DNA from: Candidatus Sedimenticola sp. (ex Thyasira tokunagai)
GTDB lineage: Bacteria > Pseudomonadota > Gammaproteobacteria > Chromatiales > Chromatiaceae
Assembly (NCBI GenBank): GCA_037318855.1
Contig: CP134874.1
Span: 184,598 to 248,597, forward strand
DNA: 64,000 bases
Direction: 5' to 3'
Shown here: positions 1-11,333 of the stretch, in pieces
Numbering within the stretch: the first letter of the stretch is position 1
Layout: each line of letters starts with the position of its first letter
Made by a program: the position numbers and the translations under genes
The notes under the pieces: model-generated
Told to the model about the DNA's origin: nothing
Databases searched by the model: none
Seen by the model: only the letters and a program-made list of their open reading frames with translations

Positions 1-2597
1 GCCTGCTGAACCCCAATGGCGCCCAACGTACCTGCCGATCCTTTAAGGGTATGGCAGATTTTCATGGCTTCCTCCCTGTCATTTATCGCGATCTGTTTAC
101 CTATTAGCTCCCAGTCATACCCATTGATAGCATCCAATTGATCAAGCAAGCGCAGATAGGTCGCTTCCTTACCATTGACATTGCGAAGTCCCCGTTCCAC
201 ATTTACCCCCTCATTTGTCGCTAACTGCTCCAGCTTGCTTATGCCGTTTGCAGGGGGAACGGGAACACTATCGTCAGTAATGGGAGAAACCGTCTTCTTA
301 TCTTGTTCAGGTAGCCACTTGGATAATACCGAAAAGAGATCGCTCGGATTGACCGGTTTGGAAACAAAGTCGTTCATTCCTGCATCCAGGCAAGCCTCGC
401 GATCCTCTTTGTAAATATTTGCGGTCATTGCTAAGACAGGGAGATTCGATAGCTTAGGCATTTGGCGAACCATGCGCGTGGCCTCCAAGCCATCCATCTC
501 CGGCATCTGCATATCCATCAATACAAGTTCATAGCGCTTACTGTGTATAGACTCTAGGGCCAGCCGGCCATTCTCTGCCGTATCCACAAGCAGACCTATA
601 CTTTCCAGCAACTCCTTGGCTACCTCTAAATTAATTGCATTGTCGTCAACCAATAGGACCTGTAATCCGTTGTAATTTTGATCTATTGATTCATCCACAC
701 CCTTAGGCTTGGTTCCATCGTACACTTCCATCACACCTTGGCCCCGGTGCAATCGTGCTGTAAACCAAAACGTACTGCCTTGTCCCAATTGACTCTGCAC
801 ACCAATCTCTCCCCCCATCATTTCCGCCAAGTGGTGGGTAATGGAAAGCCCTAGGCCAAAGCCCCCATACTTTCGCGTGGTCGAGACGTCCGCTTGCTCA
901 AATGCCTGAAACAATCTGGCCTGTTGTTCAGGTGTGATCCCAATACCGCTGTCTTCTACTTCAAATCGTACCAGTAGGCCCTTTGAATCTTGTTCCAGTA
1001 GACGGGCACGCATGAAAATCGAACCCTGCTCGGTAAATTTTATGGCATTACCGACAAAGTTCAACAGGGCCTGGCGCAGACGGGTAGGATCGCCTTGCAA
1101 CCAAACCGGCACCGCATCGGAGTCTACTTCCAACTGTAGATTTTTACTCTTTAACTGCGAGCCCATCAGCGACTGTATCTGGTCAAATATCGCATTCAGG
1201 TGAAAGTTAGACATTTCCAGTGTGAGCTTACCCGCCTCAATTTTTGAGAGGTCAAGTATGTCGTTAATAATTAAAAGTAGATGATCTGCAGAAGATTCAA
1301 TTGTTTTAAATCGATCTAATTGTTCGGGGCTAGCTCCCCTAAGTTTCAATAGGTGGGTCATGCCAATGATGGCATTCATCGGTGTGCGTATCTCATGGCT
1401 CATATTAGCAAGGAAGACACTTTTAGCCTTGTTGGCCATTTCGGCCCTTTGTTGTGCCTCGGCCAATTGATCAGTGCGTTGAGAGACCATCTCTTCGAGG
1501 TGAAGGTGGTGTTTGTCCAGTTCTGCGATAAACTGATGCTGCACAGTGACATCACGGAATACGACCACGGCTCCAGTCACCTGCCCTTGATCAAACGTTG
1601 GCGTGGTTGTGAGTTCAACTGGATAACAGGATCCGTCCTTACGCCAAATAACCTCGCCAATAATTGCATCTTTTTGGCCATCAATAGCGGCGGTGCAGAT
1701 ACGACACGCTTCGTAAGGATAAGGCGAACCATCGACCTTACTGTGATGCAGAATTTCATGCAGCGAATTGCCAAGCAACTCTTCCACCTTCCAACCCACC
1801 ATATTGGCTGCAGCCGGATTAACAAAGGTGACCTTACCTTTCTCGTCCAACCCATAGATGCCTTCACCAGCTGATTGTAAAATCTGACGATTCATCGCTT
1901 CAGCTTCAGTAATAGCCTTTACTATGGGGTCGCTAATTTTAAAAAAGACCATCACCCCAGCACTGATCAGCAGTAAGGCAATCACACAAACCACGGCCCC
2001 GGTCAAAATAAATGGCCGGCGAATCTCCCACATGTCAATCTTGGCAACCACGCCCATACCCAGCTCTGTGACGGGTTCATAGGCGGCTAAAACCAAAGCA
2101 CCGCGATAATCCAGCGCAATAATTGAACCCGACTTACCAGAAAGTGCCAAACGCATGGGTTCGGCAAGCGTCGACCATACTGGAATAGGTTCAGGAGTAA
2201 TGAGATCGTCGTGCCGATGGGTTAAAGCGAATGCGATGTTATCACCAATCAATTCACCTAAAACATATTCACCGCTGTCTCCAAAACCCTTAAAATTTTC
2301 GTGCGCTGTGCGAAGCTGTGAAATTGACCACTCCTTTGCTTTATCCTTAGAGTGGTCACCAGTCTCTCGGTCAAATTTGGCAATGGCATTTATGATGCTC
2401 GAATGACTTTTTGCAATATCAGTCAGTTGATCACGAAACTGCTCAAAGGCCGTTTGATATAGCAACCCTAGGGTGGCTCCTCCAATCAAAAGACCGATTA
2501 CGACCATGATGGACACCAGTGACAATATCCTTTTGCCTCTGGCAGGCATCAGTTTGCTTGATTCTATTACATTCATGGGCTGCCGCTGATAAGTCAT
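1..2597 (-). CDS. Hybrid sensor histidine kinase (2 TM + periplasmic Cache-like, PAS, HisKA, HATPase, REC, Hpt); 3' end runs off window
   Basis: Manual translation of the minus strand from ATG 2597 (absent from ORF track because it has no stop in the window): H-box [15 protein letters not shown]2 box [24 protein letters not shown]...[12 protein letters not shown], Hpt [13 protein letters not shown]. Confidence 0.9.
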   Translation of the reverse strand, partial: MTYQRQPMNVIESSKLMPARGKRILSLVSIMVVIGLLIGGATLGLLYQTAFEQFRDQLTDIAKSHSSIINAIAKFDRETGDHSKDKAKEWSISQLRTAHENFKGFGDSGEYVLGELIGDNIAFALTHRHDDLITPEPIPVWSTLAEPMRLALSGKSGSIIALDYRGALVLAAYEPVTELGMGVVAKIDMWEIRRPFILTGAVVCVIALLLISAGVMVFFKISDPIVKAITEAEAMNRQILQSAGEGIYGLDEKGKVTFVNPAAANMVGWKVEELLGNSLHEILHHSKVDGSPYPYEACRICTAAIDGQKDAIIGEVIWRKDGSCYPVELTTTPTFDQGQVTGAVVVFRDVTVQHQFIAELDKHHLHLEEMVSQRTDQLAEAQQRAEMANKAKSVFLANMSHEIRTPMNAIIGMTHLLKLRGASPEQLDRFKTIESSADHLLLIINDILDLSKIEAGKLTLEMSNFHLNAIFDQIQSLMGSQLKSKNLQLEVDSDAVPVWLQGDPTRLRQALLNFVGNAIKFTEQGSIFMRARLLEQDSKGLLVRFEVEDSGIGITPEQQARLFQAFEQADVSTTRKYGGFGLGLSITHHLAEMMGGEIGVQSQLGQGSTFWFTARLHRGQGVMEVYDGTKPKGVDESIDQNYNGLQVLLVDDNAINLEVAKELLESIGLLVDTAENGRLALESIHSKRYELVLMDMQMPEMDGLEATRMVRQMPKLSNLPVLAMTANIYKEDREACLDAGMNDFVSKPVNPSDLFSVLSKWLPEQDKKTVSPITDDSVPVPPANGISKLEQLATNEGVNVERGLRNVNGKEATYLRLLDQLDAINGYDWELIGKQIAINDREEAMKICHTLKGSAGTLGAIGVQQ

Positions 2598-2598
2598 A

Positions 2599-3492
2599 TC
2601 AACGCCGGTTTGAACGACGGAACTGACCAATGACAATAATGACAAGGCCCGCCAATAGGATAATACCAACCATTAGAGCAAGGGGATGACTAAACCAGGC
2701 CGATTGATCATACAGAGAATATTTCGCCAACCATTGATCTTGAATTTCCCGGATGGTCCCATTCTGATGCAACGAATCAATTGCTCTGTTAATTTTATCT
2801 AGCAGGGCCGGATTTCCTTTGCGCAGTGCAATCGCTATTTCCTTAGATGCCAGCGTCCATGCAACAGGGACGATGCCCTGGGCACCATGTTTTTGTATCT
2901 GGTACTGCCCCGTCAATCGATTCGTTGCGAGTGCATCAATATCCCCTTTCAGCAGCTTTCCGATACCATCCAGATCGTCCTTAATGATAACCAGGGTAAT
3001 GGACGGGTGGTCTTGCGATAGTTTCTGAAACGGAAAGCCACCCTTGGTTAGGCCGACTTTTATGCCGGACAAGGCCTCAGGGGTGATGCGCTCTTCATCC
3101 CCGGCATTCACGAACAGTGTGAATTCTACATCCAACGTGGGGTGGCTAAAATCGTATTTCAGCTTCCGATCAGGCGTTGCGGACATTAAGGCGTGCCCGT
3201 CAGCTTTCCCCACCTGAACCAATTCCTGGGCCTTCGACCACTGCATTAAGCGGTGGGTAGCGTTCAGACCGGCCTCTTTCGTGATGGCGGCTAAAACGTC
3301 GACTACCAGCCCCTTTGGCTGCCCCTCTTCTAGGAACTCATAGGGGGGATACTGTCGATCACCCAGAATCAATACGGGTTCACTATTATTCGTTTGCCCA
3401 TGCGCCTTCGGCATGAAGGCAAAATTACTGAATGATATAAAGAGTAGGGTGAAAATCAGTACCCAGTCGGGTACTTTTATGATGCGAATCAT
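2599..3492 (-). CDS. Extracellular solute-binding (PBPb, family 3) protein with C-terminal membrane anchor
   Basis: Signal peptide, [10 protein letters not shown]...GLVVDV and [16 protein letters not shown] motifs, C-terminal hydrophobic helix. Confidence 0.85.
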   Translation of the reverse strand: MIRIIKVPDWVLIFTLLFISFSNFAFMPKAHGQTNNSEPVLILGDRQYPPYEFLEEGQPKGLVVDVLAAITKEAGLNATHRLMQWSKAQELVQVGKADGHALMSATPDRKLKYDFSHPTLDVEFTLFVNAGDEERITPEALSGIKVGLTKGGFPFQKLSQDHPSITLVIIKDDLDGIGKLLKGDIDALATNRLTGQYQIQKHGAQGIVPVAWTLASKEIAIALRKGNPALLDKINRAIDSLHQNGTIREIQDQWLAKYSLYDQSAWFSHPLALMVGIILLAGLVIIVIGQFRRSNRR

Positions 3493-4012
3493 ATTCTACT
3501 TCCTGTAAGTATTCAGGCAGCCAGAATGTGGTTCGATGAAGGAGAAGCCAAATCACACACTTATGCCATGGTAGTTACTTTAAGTGTAGTCGAGAAAATA
3601 TCAGACCCTGCAACTAACGTTTCTTTATCTTTTGATGTTGATTTTACATCAAAATATTAGTTTGCGACTGATGGCACAGATGCACTGCCAATGGACCCCG
3701 TCAGATCACTTGATACTGATGCAGGTCCACAGGCAATAAATATAATCCTGATAATATCGGTGTCGGCGTGACCGACTCAAAGGAGGCTCAGCCTGGCACC
3801 AATCTACTCCTGAAGAATTCAACCATGATGGTACATCAGAAAATGAGGTATTAGCCGTTCTCGGCTTCAGTCTGACCATGCGGTAAATGACCCGTAATGT
3901 CTCCTAAGTGCTGGTAACCGACTCAGTCATTCGCACTCTTGTTGAATTGCACCGAATACTGACCCGGGATTTGCACCGAAAAGTGACCCACCCTGATTAG
4001 TCAGATTATTAA

Positions 4013-4793
4013 CTATTTTCTGTTAGTTTTGCCAGTTATTCCCTCCCTGTTGCAGGTTGAATGTTTCAAGCGGTAGCTCTCATTGCCTGTCTCGATGATG
4101 TGGCAATGATGAGTCAGTCGGTCAAGCAGCGCTGTGGTCAACTTTGCATCACTAAATACATTTGGCCATTCCGAGAAGCTCAGATTAGTTGTGATAATGA
4201 TGCTGGTCTTTTCATAAAGTTTGCTGATCAGATGGAACAGCAAGGCACCTCCTGCTTGGCTGAACGGGAGATATCCCAGTTCATCTAGTATCACCAAGTC
4301 CGTATGGATCAGCCGATTGGCTAGTCGGCCGGGTTTGCCGATCAACTTCTCCTGCTCCAGATCGTTGACCAGTTCGATGGTGGAGAGAAAGCGTACGCGG
4401 TAGCGATGATGCTGGATGGCCTGTACACCGATTGCAGTTGCCAGGTGTGTTTTGCCAGTACCCGGGCCACCGACCAACACCACATTCTGTGCATCCTCGG
4501 TAAACTCACAGCGATGCAGCGCCCGGATCAGCGGTTCATCCACGGCACTCTGAGCAAAGTCAAAGCCGGTGAGGTCACGATAGGCCGGGAACCGTGCCGC
4601 CTTCATCTGGTATTTTAGTGAGCGTACATCCCGGTTCTGCTACTTCAGCCTTGATCAGGGTGTCCAGTATGTCCTGTGCTTGCTGAAAGGCCGGTGAGGC
4701 TTGTTCGCCCAAATCAGCTACCGCATCAGCCATGCCAAACAGCTTCATCTGCTTCATGGTCTGGATTATGGCATCAGTGTTCATGGCGACCAC
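4013..4793 (-). pseudogene. istB: IstB ATPase, frameshifted
   Basis: Walker A GGPGTGKT and Walker B ILDELG; split into 4575-4793 and 4013-4606 by one extra base near 4632 (EVAE|[13 protein letters not shown]). Confidence 0.9.
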
Positions 4794-6291
4794 CTCTGAG
4801 CCTATCGTAGCGGGCCGTATTGGCCAGGGGCTCGGTGGCGAGTGACAATGCCCTGGGTGGTTCGATGGGCTGTGGTGTGGGACGATCCTGCAGGCGACTG
4901 AGGCAGTTCAGGACATGCTGCTTGGAAGGTTTGCCTGTCAATAAAGCCTCGGCAACCGCTTGCTCGACCAGGTGCTCATCGTGCAGTAAGACCAGTGCCA
5001 GAATATCGACCATCTCGCGGTCACCACCAGGCCGCTTGATCAACTTTTTCTGTAGCTGTTTGAAGCTCTCAGGCAGGTCATTAAATGGTGCGCCATTACG
5101 TAGTGCCCCAGGCTTGCGCTGTACCACGCTCAGGTAGTGACGCCAGTCGTAGAGGATCTTGCCTGGGACACTATGGTCTCGGGTGAAGACCCGGTCATGC
5201 ACCGCAATCACGCTGGCCTCGGCGACAATCTCCAGCCGGTCAGCATAGACGCGAAGGCTAACCACCCGGTTGGCAAAGCTGGCCGGAATGCTATAGCGGT
5301 TGCGTTCGAAGGTAATCACAAGTCGAGGAAACCCGCTTGGTATGCTCGACAAAGCCATCAAAGGGGGCAGGCACTGCCATCAGTAGTGTCTGCTCTTCGG
5401 CGAGCAAATCAGCAATCGAGCGTCGTTTATCCTGTGTATGGGGGTCTCTTGCCATAGCTGCTGGCAGCGGGCAGTCAACCAGATGTTCAGATCCTCCAGC
5501 GACCTGAAGGACGGAGCGGATTGCCAGAGTCGATGCCGTGCATCCCGCACGCCTTTCTCTACTTGGCCTTTCTCCCAGCCAGCCGCCGGGTTGCAGAACT
5601 CGGCCTCAAAAAGGTAGTGACTGACCATGGCCTGAAAACGTTTGTTCACCACCCGTTCTTTGCCCCGCCCGACCTTATCCACGGCGGTCTTCATATTATC
5701 GTAGATGCCGCGCTCTGGAATCCCGCCTAAGGCAGTCAGAGCATGGTAGTGAGCATCAAACAGCATCTCGTGGCTTTGTGCCAGATAGGCTCGGAGTATA
5801 AAGGCCCGGCTATAGCAGAATTTGAAATGGGCTACCTGCAACTTGGTGTTGACCCCGTTGATCACGGCCCAGTCCTCACTCCAGTCGAACTGAAAGGCCT
5901 CACCGGGGGCAAACTGTAACGGGACGAAGGTGTTTTTACTGGCTGTACGTTTAGCGTCTTGCTGTGCATCACGCCAATCACGGGCAAAGGCTGCAACCCG
6001 ATCATAGGAGCCGGTATAACCCAAGCGAACCAAGTCCAGGTGCAACTGCTTGAGACTCCTCCTTTGTTTGCGGTGACGCCTGACTCCGATGTAACCAGTT
6101 GGTTAGTGTCAGCTCATAGTCATCCAGCTTGCTGGGCGACTTGCGTTTGGGGTATTTGGGTTCTATTACATTGTTTGCCAGGTACTTGCGTACGGTATTG
6201 CGGGACAATCCTGTCCGTCTGGCTCTCGTATCGGCATCCCTTCTCGATAATGCCATCGTCGAATCACGCTTAATAATGCCACGTCTATCAC
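4774..6291 (-). pseudogene. istA: IstA DDE transposase, multiply frameshifted
   Basis: GTG start 6291 gives MIDVALLSVIRRWHYREGMPIRE; further fragments contain RRTGLSRNTVRKYL, FQFDWSED, YDNMKTAV, KGQVEKGV in different frames. Confidence 0.9.
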
Positions 6292-6396
6292 TCCAGTTAC
6301 TCCTGCCCAGGGTCTGAGCAGGTAGAGGCTATACGTGGGTCAAAATTCGATGCAAATATGGGGGGTTAATGGGTCAGTTTTGGGTGCAAAACAACA

Positions 6397-6558
6397 GTCC
6401 TTCGCATACTGCTTTCCAAGAAAGGTGCGTAGGTCGTCCTTTATCAACACCTCGCTGGGTTGGCGAGTGAAACTATCGCCCTTGTGGTATGCGTATTCTT
6501 TATCTTCCAGCAGGGCGATGATCGCCTGCTCTAGTTTGTCTTCCGTGAATTGGGTCAT
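6397..6558 (-). pseudogene. hsdR: Type I restriction subunit R, N-terminal 54 codons only, truncated by IS21
   Basis: MTQFTEDKLEQAIIALLEDKEY...VLIKDDLRTFL is a typical HsdR N-terminus; start overlaps hsdS stop (ATGA); frame enters the IS IR at 6396. Confidence 0.8.
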
Positions 6559-7949
6559 ATAGCGTCGGCTAGTTCTTTCTCGGCCTCGGTGATTCGGAGT
6601 TGGCCGGAAAGGAGTTTGGGTAAAAGAGAATCTCTAATTTTGATAAGAGAGCCTGTTTCCTCTTGGATCAACAGTGATCTTTTGTGAAGTTCTCGAAATC
6701 GTCCCTCTGCATGACTCATCAAAACTTCACTAGGCTTAACGACTGAGTGGTTCTTGAGAATATCTGTTTTAAGGTTGGTAAAAACGCTTCCGTTTCCCTG
6801 CATAAGAAGCTCACTGCGAACAACCAAAAACAGCTGGTACAGATATAAGTCCCCATACAAAGTTTTCTCGGGGAAATAGAGCCAACCATCGTGAATGCAG
6901 GCGTCAAGATTCAAGAACATCGGGAGACCTGGGGTCGCACTATTGGAAAGGATCAATGCCCCCTTTTTTAGCATTACTGTTTTTTTCAATCCCTCTGGCT
7001 TAATGAACTGCTTTGTGCCCATCAAATAACGCGATGGACTTGCTGTAGCATCACTGATCTTTACCCATGGAAGCCCCTCATCAACCAAGTAATCATGAAT
7101 GGGCCGGGGAGAACCTCCGCGCTTAACCGTGACATAGTCTCCCAACTTCACGGGATCCCACCCCTCTGGCACCCACCCCATCTCCTCGTTGAAGACAAAG
7201 CGGTTGGGTAACTGTTTTTGAATCGCTTCGGGCAGGGGTTTGCGTTGGTCGCCAAGGGTCTTTCGCACTTCGGAGCGGGCGTGCAGGGGTTCGGGGATAG
7301 GGTTGCCTGCGGCCAGGGCGTTGTCGATGACCGGATCAAAATCGACAAACCAGCTCTTGAACAGCGCCTGCGCCATCGACTCCAGCGTGGCGTTCATCTG
7401 ACGGTTGAATTCGATTTTGTCGTCGAGGGTACCGAGGATGTGGGCGATGGATTTTTGTTCTGAAAGGCTCGGTAGACTGAACCTAAAATCCCCTAATTTT
7501 TTTACCGGGAGTCGAGCCTGATTTGCACTACCACCAGCACTATTAGCTGCATGCCATGCAAAGTCTTTTAACTTAAGCCTATAATAGAGGTAGCTCTGAT
7601 CCATTACATTTGTTAATGGAAGAATACAGCATGTGTTCTGATTTTGGATTGCTCCAACAGCATGCTTAGGGACACGCACTACTTTACCGACAACTGATGA
7701 CCAGTTTGGAGGCCACGAACCAACTGTAGCCACCACGACATCATTAAACTTTAGGTAATGGGAACTCCATTTTTTAGCGTGTTCAGGTTCAACATAGTTA
7801 CAGTCCTTCAAATCAATAGAATCAACTGTAAAGTCTGATACCCGTGCTAACGGTAACCCAGATTCAGAGAAATGCTGTTGTTTGATGCCTGCTCCGTTAC
7901 GAAGTTCTGTCACCTCATTAAGGATGACATTAGGCCACTCAACCTCCAT
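6555..7949 (-). CDS. hsdS: Type I R-M specificity subunit S
   Basis: Two TRDs with conserved regions PSLSEQKSIAHILGTLDDKI, ALFKSWFVDF, GWVPEGW, IRDSLLPKLLSG. Confidence 0.93.
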   Translation of the reverse strand: MEVEWPNVILNEVTELRNGAGIKQQHFSESGLPLARVSDFTVDSIDLKDCNYVEPEHAKKWSSHYLKFNDVVVATVGSWPPNWSSVVGKVVRVPKHAVGAIQNQNTCCILPLTNVMDQSYLYYRLKLKDFAWHAANSAGGSANQARLPVKKLGDFRFSLPSLSEQKSIAHILGTLDDKIEFNRQMNATLESMAQALFKSWFVDFDPVIDNALAAGNPIPEPLHARSEVRKTLGDQRKPLPEAIQKQLPNRFVFNEEMGWVPEGWDPVKLGDYVTVKRGGSPRPIHDYLVDEGLPWVKISDATASPSRYLMGTKQFIKPEGLKKTVMLKKGALILSNSATPGLPMFLNLDACIHDGWLYFPEKTLYGDLYLYQLFLVVRSELLMQGNGSVFTNLKTDILKNHSVVKPSEVLMSHAEGRFRELHKRSLLIQEETGSLIKIRDSLLPKLLSGQLRITEAEKELADAI

Positions 7950-9513
7950 AGCCCAACCCCGTCAAATTCTCCCGAATCACCGCATCGAGCTTTTCCGACT
8001 CAATCATCTGCCGATACAGCGTCTGACTCAGATCAGCCATCTTCTCTTCGAAGGGCACACCATCATCTTCGATCTCCGCTGCCCCGACATAGCGCCCCGG
8101 CGTCAGCACATAGTCATTGGCCTTGATCTCTTCCAGCTTAGTGGCCCGACAAAATCCCGCTACATCTTCGTATTCGCAATCCTTCTCTTCCCCCCGCCAC
8201 GCATGATAAGTGCGAGCAATCTCGGCGATGTCGTCGCTGGTCAGTTCCTTGTGAGTCCGGTCCACCATAGTGCCCATGTTGCGGGCATCGATGAACAAGG
8301 TTTCACCCTGGCGGTCGCTGTGGTTGCTGTCGGTGTGTCCTTCGACCACCTGCGCCTTTTTGTTCTTGGTGAGGAACCAAAGGCAGACCGGAATCTGGGT
8401 GGTGTAGAAGAGCTGACCTGGCAAGGCGATCATGCAGTCCACCAGATCGTTTTCGATCATCTTCTGACGGATCTCACCTTCACCCTTGGTGTTGGTGGAC
8501 ATGGAACCATTGGCCAACACAAAACCTGCCACCCCGTTCTCCGACAGCTTGGAAATCATGTGCAGTATCCAACCATAGTTGGCGTTGCCGGTGGGCGGGG
8601 TCTCGTAGCCATCCCAGCGCGGATCGTCAGTCAGTTCGGTATCTGCCCGCCACTCCTTCAGATTGAAGGGCGGGTTGGCCATGATGAAGTCGGCCTTGAG
8701 GTCTTCGTGCTGATCCTTGAAGAAGGTATCGGCGGGCACTTCACCCAGGTTGCCGGCGATGCCTCGTATGGCGAGGTTCATCTTGGCCAGTTTATAGGTG
8801 GTGCCGGTCTGCTCCTGACCGTAGATGGAGATGTCTTTGGTACTGCCCTGATGGTTCTCAACGAACTTCACCGACTGTACGAACATACCACCTGAACCAC
8901 AGCAGGGGTCGTAGATCTTGCCCTTGTAGGGTTCGATCATCTCAGCGATCAGGTTAACCACGCACTTGGGGGTATAGAACTCGCCCCCGCCCTTGCCCTC
9001 GGTGGCGGCGAACTTGCCTAGGAAGTATTCGTAGACCCGACCGACAACGTCCTCTTCCTTGTCCTCGACGGTGTCGATATTGTCAATGGAGTCGATCAGC
9101 GAAGCCAGTTTGGCCTGATCCAGCCCTAGCCGGGAGAAGTAGTTATCCGGCAGCGCACCGCGCAGGGACTTGTTGTTCTTCTCCACCGTATGCAGGGCGG
9201 TATCAATTTTGACAGCAATGTCGTCCTGCTTGGCCTGCTTCTGGATATAGGACCAGCGCGACTCCTCCGGTAGGTAAAACACGTTCTTCATGGCGTAGAA
9301 CTCCACCATGTCGATGTAGGCCTCTTGCCCCTCTGCTATCAGCTCCTTTTTACGCTCCTCAAATTTGTCGCAAGTGAACTTGAGGAATATCAGACTCAAG
9401 ACAACATGCTTGTACTCGGAGGATTCTACCGTGCCACGTAACTTGTCGGCGGTATCCCAGAGGTTTTGTTCAAAGGATTTCTGTTTCTTGGGGGCAGCAG
9501 GCTTTCTAGCCAT
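7939..9513 (-). CDS. hsdM: Type I R-M N6-adenine methyltransferase subunit M
   Basis: GEFYTPKCV, DPCCGSGGMF and NPPF motifs. Confidence 0.96.
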   Translation of the reverse strand: MARKPAAPKKQKSFEQNLWDTADKLRGTVESSEYKHVVLSLIFLKFTCDKFEERKKELIAEGQEAYIDMVEFYAMKNVFYLPEESRWSYIQKQAKQDDIAVKIDTALHTVEKNNKSLRGALPDNYFSRLGLDQAKLASLIDSIDNIDTVEDKEEDVVGRVYEYFLGKFAATEGKGGGEFYTPKCVVNLIAEMIEPYKGKIYDPCCGSGGMFVQSVKFVENHQGSTKDISIYGQEQTGTTYKLAKMNLAIRGIAGNLGEVPADTFFKDQHEDLKADFIMANPPFNLKEWRADTELTDDPRWDGYETPPTGNANYGWILHMISKLSENGVAGFVLANGSMSTNTKGEGEIRQKMIENDLVDCMIALPGQLFYTTQIPVCLWFLTKNKKAQVVEGHTDSNHSDRQGETLFIDARNMGTMVDRTHKELTSDDIAEIARTYHAWRGEEKDCEYEDVAGFCRATKLEEIKANDYVLTPGRYVGAAEIEDDGVPFEEKMADLSQTLYRQMIESEKLDAVIRENLTGLGYGG

Positions 9514-9818
9514 TGTTGTTCTATTCCTTATATATACTCAGATACGCAGATTCCCCATACCAGTACAGATTATGAGGAATTACATCTTATCGATTACTTA
9601 AATCAAAAGGAAACTGTTCAATAACCCAGACCATCAAACTCAGGGAATCCGTGATATCAAAAAATGATCTGTTAAGTAACATTGAACCGCTTAATCGAGA
9701 TATTCGTCATAAAATTCAAAGGGAATGCTCTTATTGCAGCAAAACAGAGGGTGCTTAGTAAACCCAGCAGATGATATTTATAGATAATAATGCCTCTAAA
9801 TTATTTTCCCACTGCTTT

Positions 9819-11027
9819 TTACCTAGCACGAAATAACTTCCTTACTTGGCCATTTCCGCGCAAATGACCAAATTGCTTATATCGCCCTTTATCTTCGAAA
9901 CAGAGCCGACCGGCAACAATAGCGGGGTGAATGTTGTTTCTTTGTGCAAAGGTCTGAATATCATAAGTATTGGAGAACACGGCCTGTTTCCACTCCATCG
10001 GATCTATCAGCCCAGCCTGAGCCAGGTCATCTGCCTCAAATTCAATACGGTCAAGTGCATCATGACAATCCAAGTCATCAAAAAACACCGGGTGCTCAGC
10101 ATCAAAGTGCAACATCAGGTGAGCTAATTCATGAAACAGGGTGAACCAAAAATTGTCCATTCGGTCATGACGCAGGGTGAGAGCAATCACTGGCGCACCA
10201 TCCTTACGGCTCATGACCGCACCATCCAGATATGTCTTGTCCAGATGTGGTTCCACCACCAGGAAAATCCCACGCTTTCCCAATAACTCACGTGCTAACA
10301 GCGGCCCGTTATCAAGCTGAGACAGCCCCGCCAGCTGAGTGAGCCATGGCAGATCAGGTTTAATGTACGATGCCAATGAACCTTCGGACTGTTTTAATAC
10401 CTGAGCCTGCCAGGCTAAAAGAGCAAGAGGGTCGATTAACTTGTCGTTACCACGTCGATGGGCGCTGCTACGTAAATACGCCTGAGCGGGTACTTGGGCG
10501 AACTGCTCTTCCGGCAAAAATGCTAATAAGGGACGCAGCATATCCTCTGCAAACTCTTTTAAGTACGCGCTGGTACCTTCAAATCCTGGGAAATAGCCCT
10601 TTTTATTCAGCTCATTCAGAGGAAAGGCCTGCCATTCAATATCTAACGTAGTCGGCAACTTAGCATTAGGCTCCTGAATCAGAACATCCGCCGAGATACC
10701 CAGTCCGTCAATTAGCCTCCGTATTTGTGAGAGACTAAGTGGACGCTTGCGATTAAGTACATCAGACACCCGCGATCCTGGGCCCAGGTAGCTCTGCATA
10801 TCCTTACGAGTAAGATCCATCTGATCCATACGAAACAGGATGGCATCAATCGGATCTGGCTTGTCCATGGGGTAGCACTGTTCTTCAAATTGCTGAATGA
10901 GCAGCGCTAGGACATCTAATTCATCTGCCTCTTCACTGCCTTCGATAGGGTCGAGCGACATCAACACAGCTAAGCGTTCCATGGCCTGGCAGTGGTCTTG
11001 TTCAGTTTTAATTAGTTTCATGTGCAT
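9819..11027 (-). CDS. HigA-like HTH antitoxin fused to ImmA/IrrE-type metallopeptidase domain
   Basis: HigA N-terminus (ELDVLALLIQQFEE, DPIDAILFRMDQMDL, VSDVLNRKRPLSL); C-terminal FWFTLFHELAH HExxH and EFEADDLA. Confidence 0.85.
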   Translation of the reverse strand: MHMKLIKTEQDHCQAMERLAVLMSLDPIEGSEEADELDVLALLIQQFEEQCYPMDKPDPIDAILFRMDQMDLTRKDMQSYLGPGSRVSDVLNRKRPLSLSQIRRLIDGLGISADVLIQEPNAKLPTTLDIEWQAFPLNELNKKGYFPGFEGTSAYLKEFAEDMLRPLLAFLPEEQFAQVPAQAYLRSSAHRRGNDKLIDPLALLAWQAQVLKQSEGSLASYIKPDLPWLTQLAGLSQLDNGPLLARELLGKRGIFLVVEPHLDKTYLDGAVMSRKDGAPVIALTLRHDRMDNFWFTLFHELAHLMLHFDAEHPVFFDDLDCHDALDRIEFEADDLAQAGLIDPMEWKQAVFSNTYDIQTFAQRNNIHPAIVAGRLCFEDKGRYKQFGHLRGNGQVRKLFRAR

Positions 11028-11036
11028 GACCGCCCC

Positions 11037-11333
11037 CTATAAGTTCCATTTGTCATACTCGGCATGAGTACCCACCCGTTCGATCAGCACTCGCCCTGCG
11101 CGATAACTCACTTGCACTATCAGACGAATATGATTTCCCTTAATACGAAATACTACTCGCTCACCCTTTTTTCCGAGAATACTGGCTTTGGGGAAACGAT
11201 TGGTAATGTCATGCGGTGCGGTCCAGATGCAGGTGTCACTACCAACTTCGTCATACCAAGCATCCAGAACAGCTTTTGCCTCAGAGTGTTTACGTGAGAA
11301 TTTGACGAGTTTGTCTCTTCCTATGACTTGCAT
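11037..11333 (-). CDS. higB: HigB-family mRNA interferase toxin
   Basis: 98 aa; RVVFRIKGNHIRL...VGTHAEYDKW; toxin gene precedes antitoxin. Confidence 0.88.
   Translation of the reverse strand: MQVIGRDKLVKFSRKHSEAKAVLDAWYDEVGSDTCIWTAPHDITNRFPKASILGKKGERVVFRIKGNHIRLIVQVSYRAGRVLIERVGTHAEYDKWNL

Larger units (their letters stand above)
3940..6396 (-). mobile_element. IS21-family insertion sequence (degenerate), ~2457 bp
   Basis: Terminal IRs TGTTGAATTGCACCGAATACTGACCC (3940) and reverse complement TGTTGTTTTGCACCCAAAACTGACCC (6396), each with an internal second repeat; istA and istB fragments inside; no target duplication. Confidence 0.92.

Noticed and set aside
3493-3939. Continuation of hsdR or another gene left of IS21
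   Set aside because: No HsdR-like translation and no credible ORF.
3931-6406. Target-site duplication for IS21
   Set aside because: Flanks differ; the shared TTCGCA is offset from the IS ends.
7882-8895. Long antisense ORFs (337 aa opposite hsdM; also 44956-45753, 49796-50446, 23319-24014, 56889-57548)
   Set aside because: Shadow frames of well-supported genes in GC-rich coding DNA, with no motifs.
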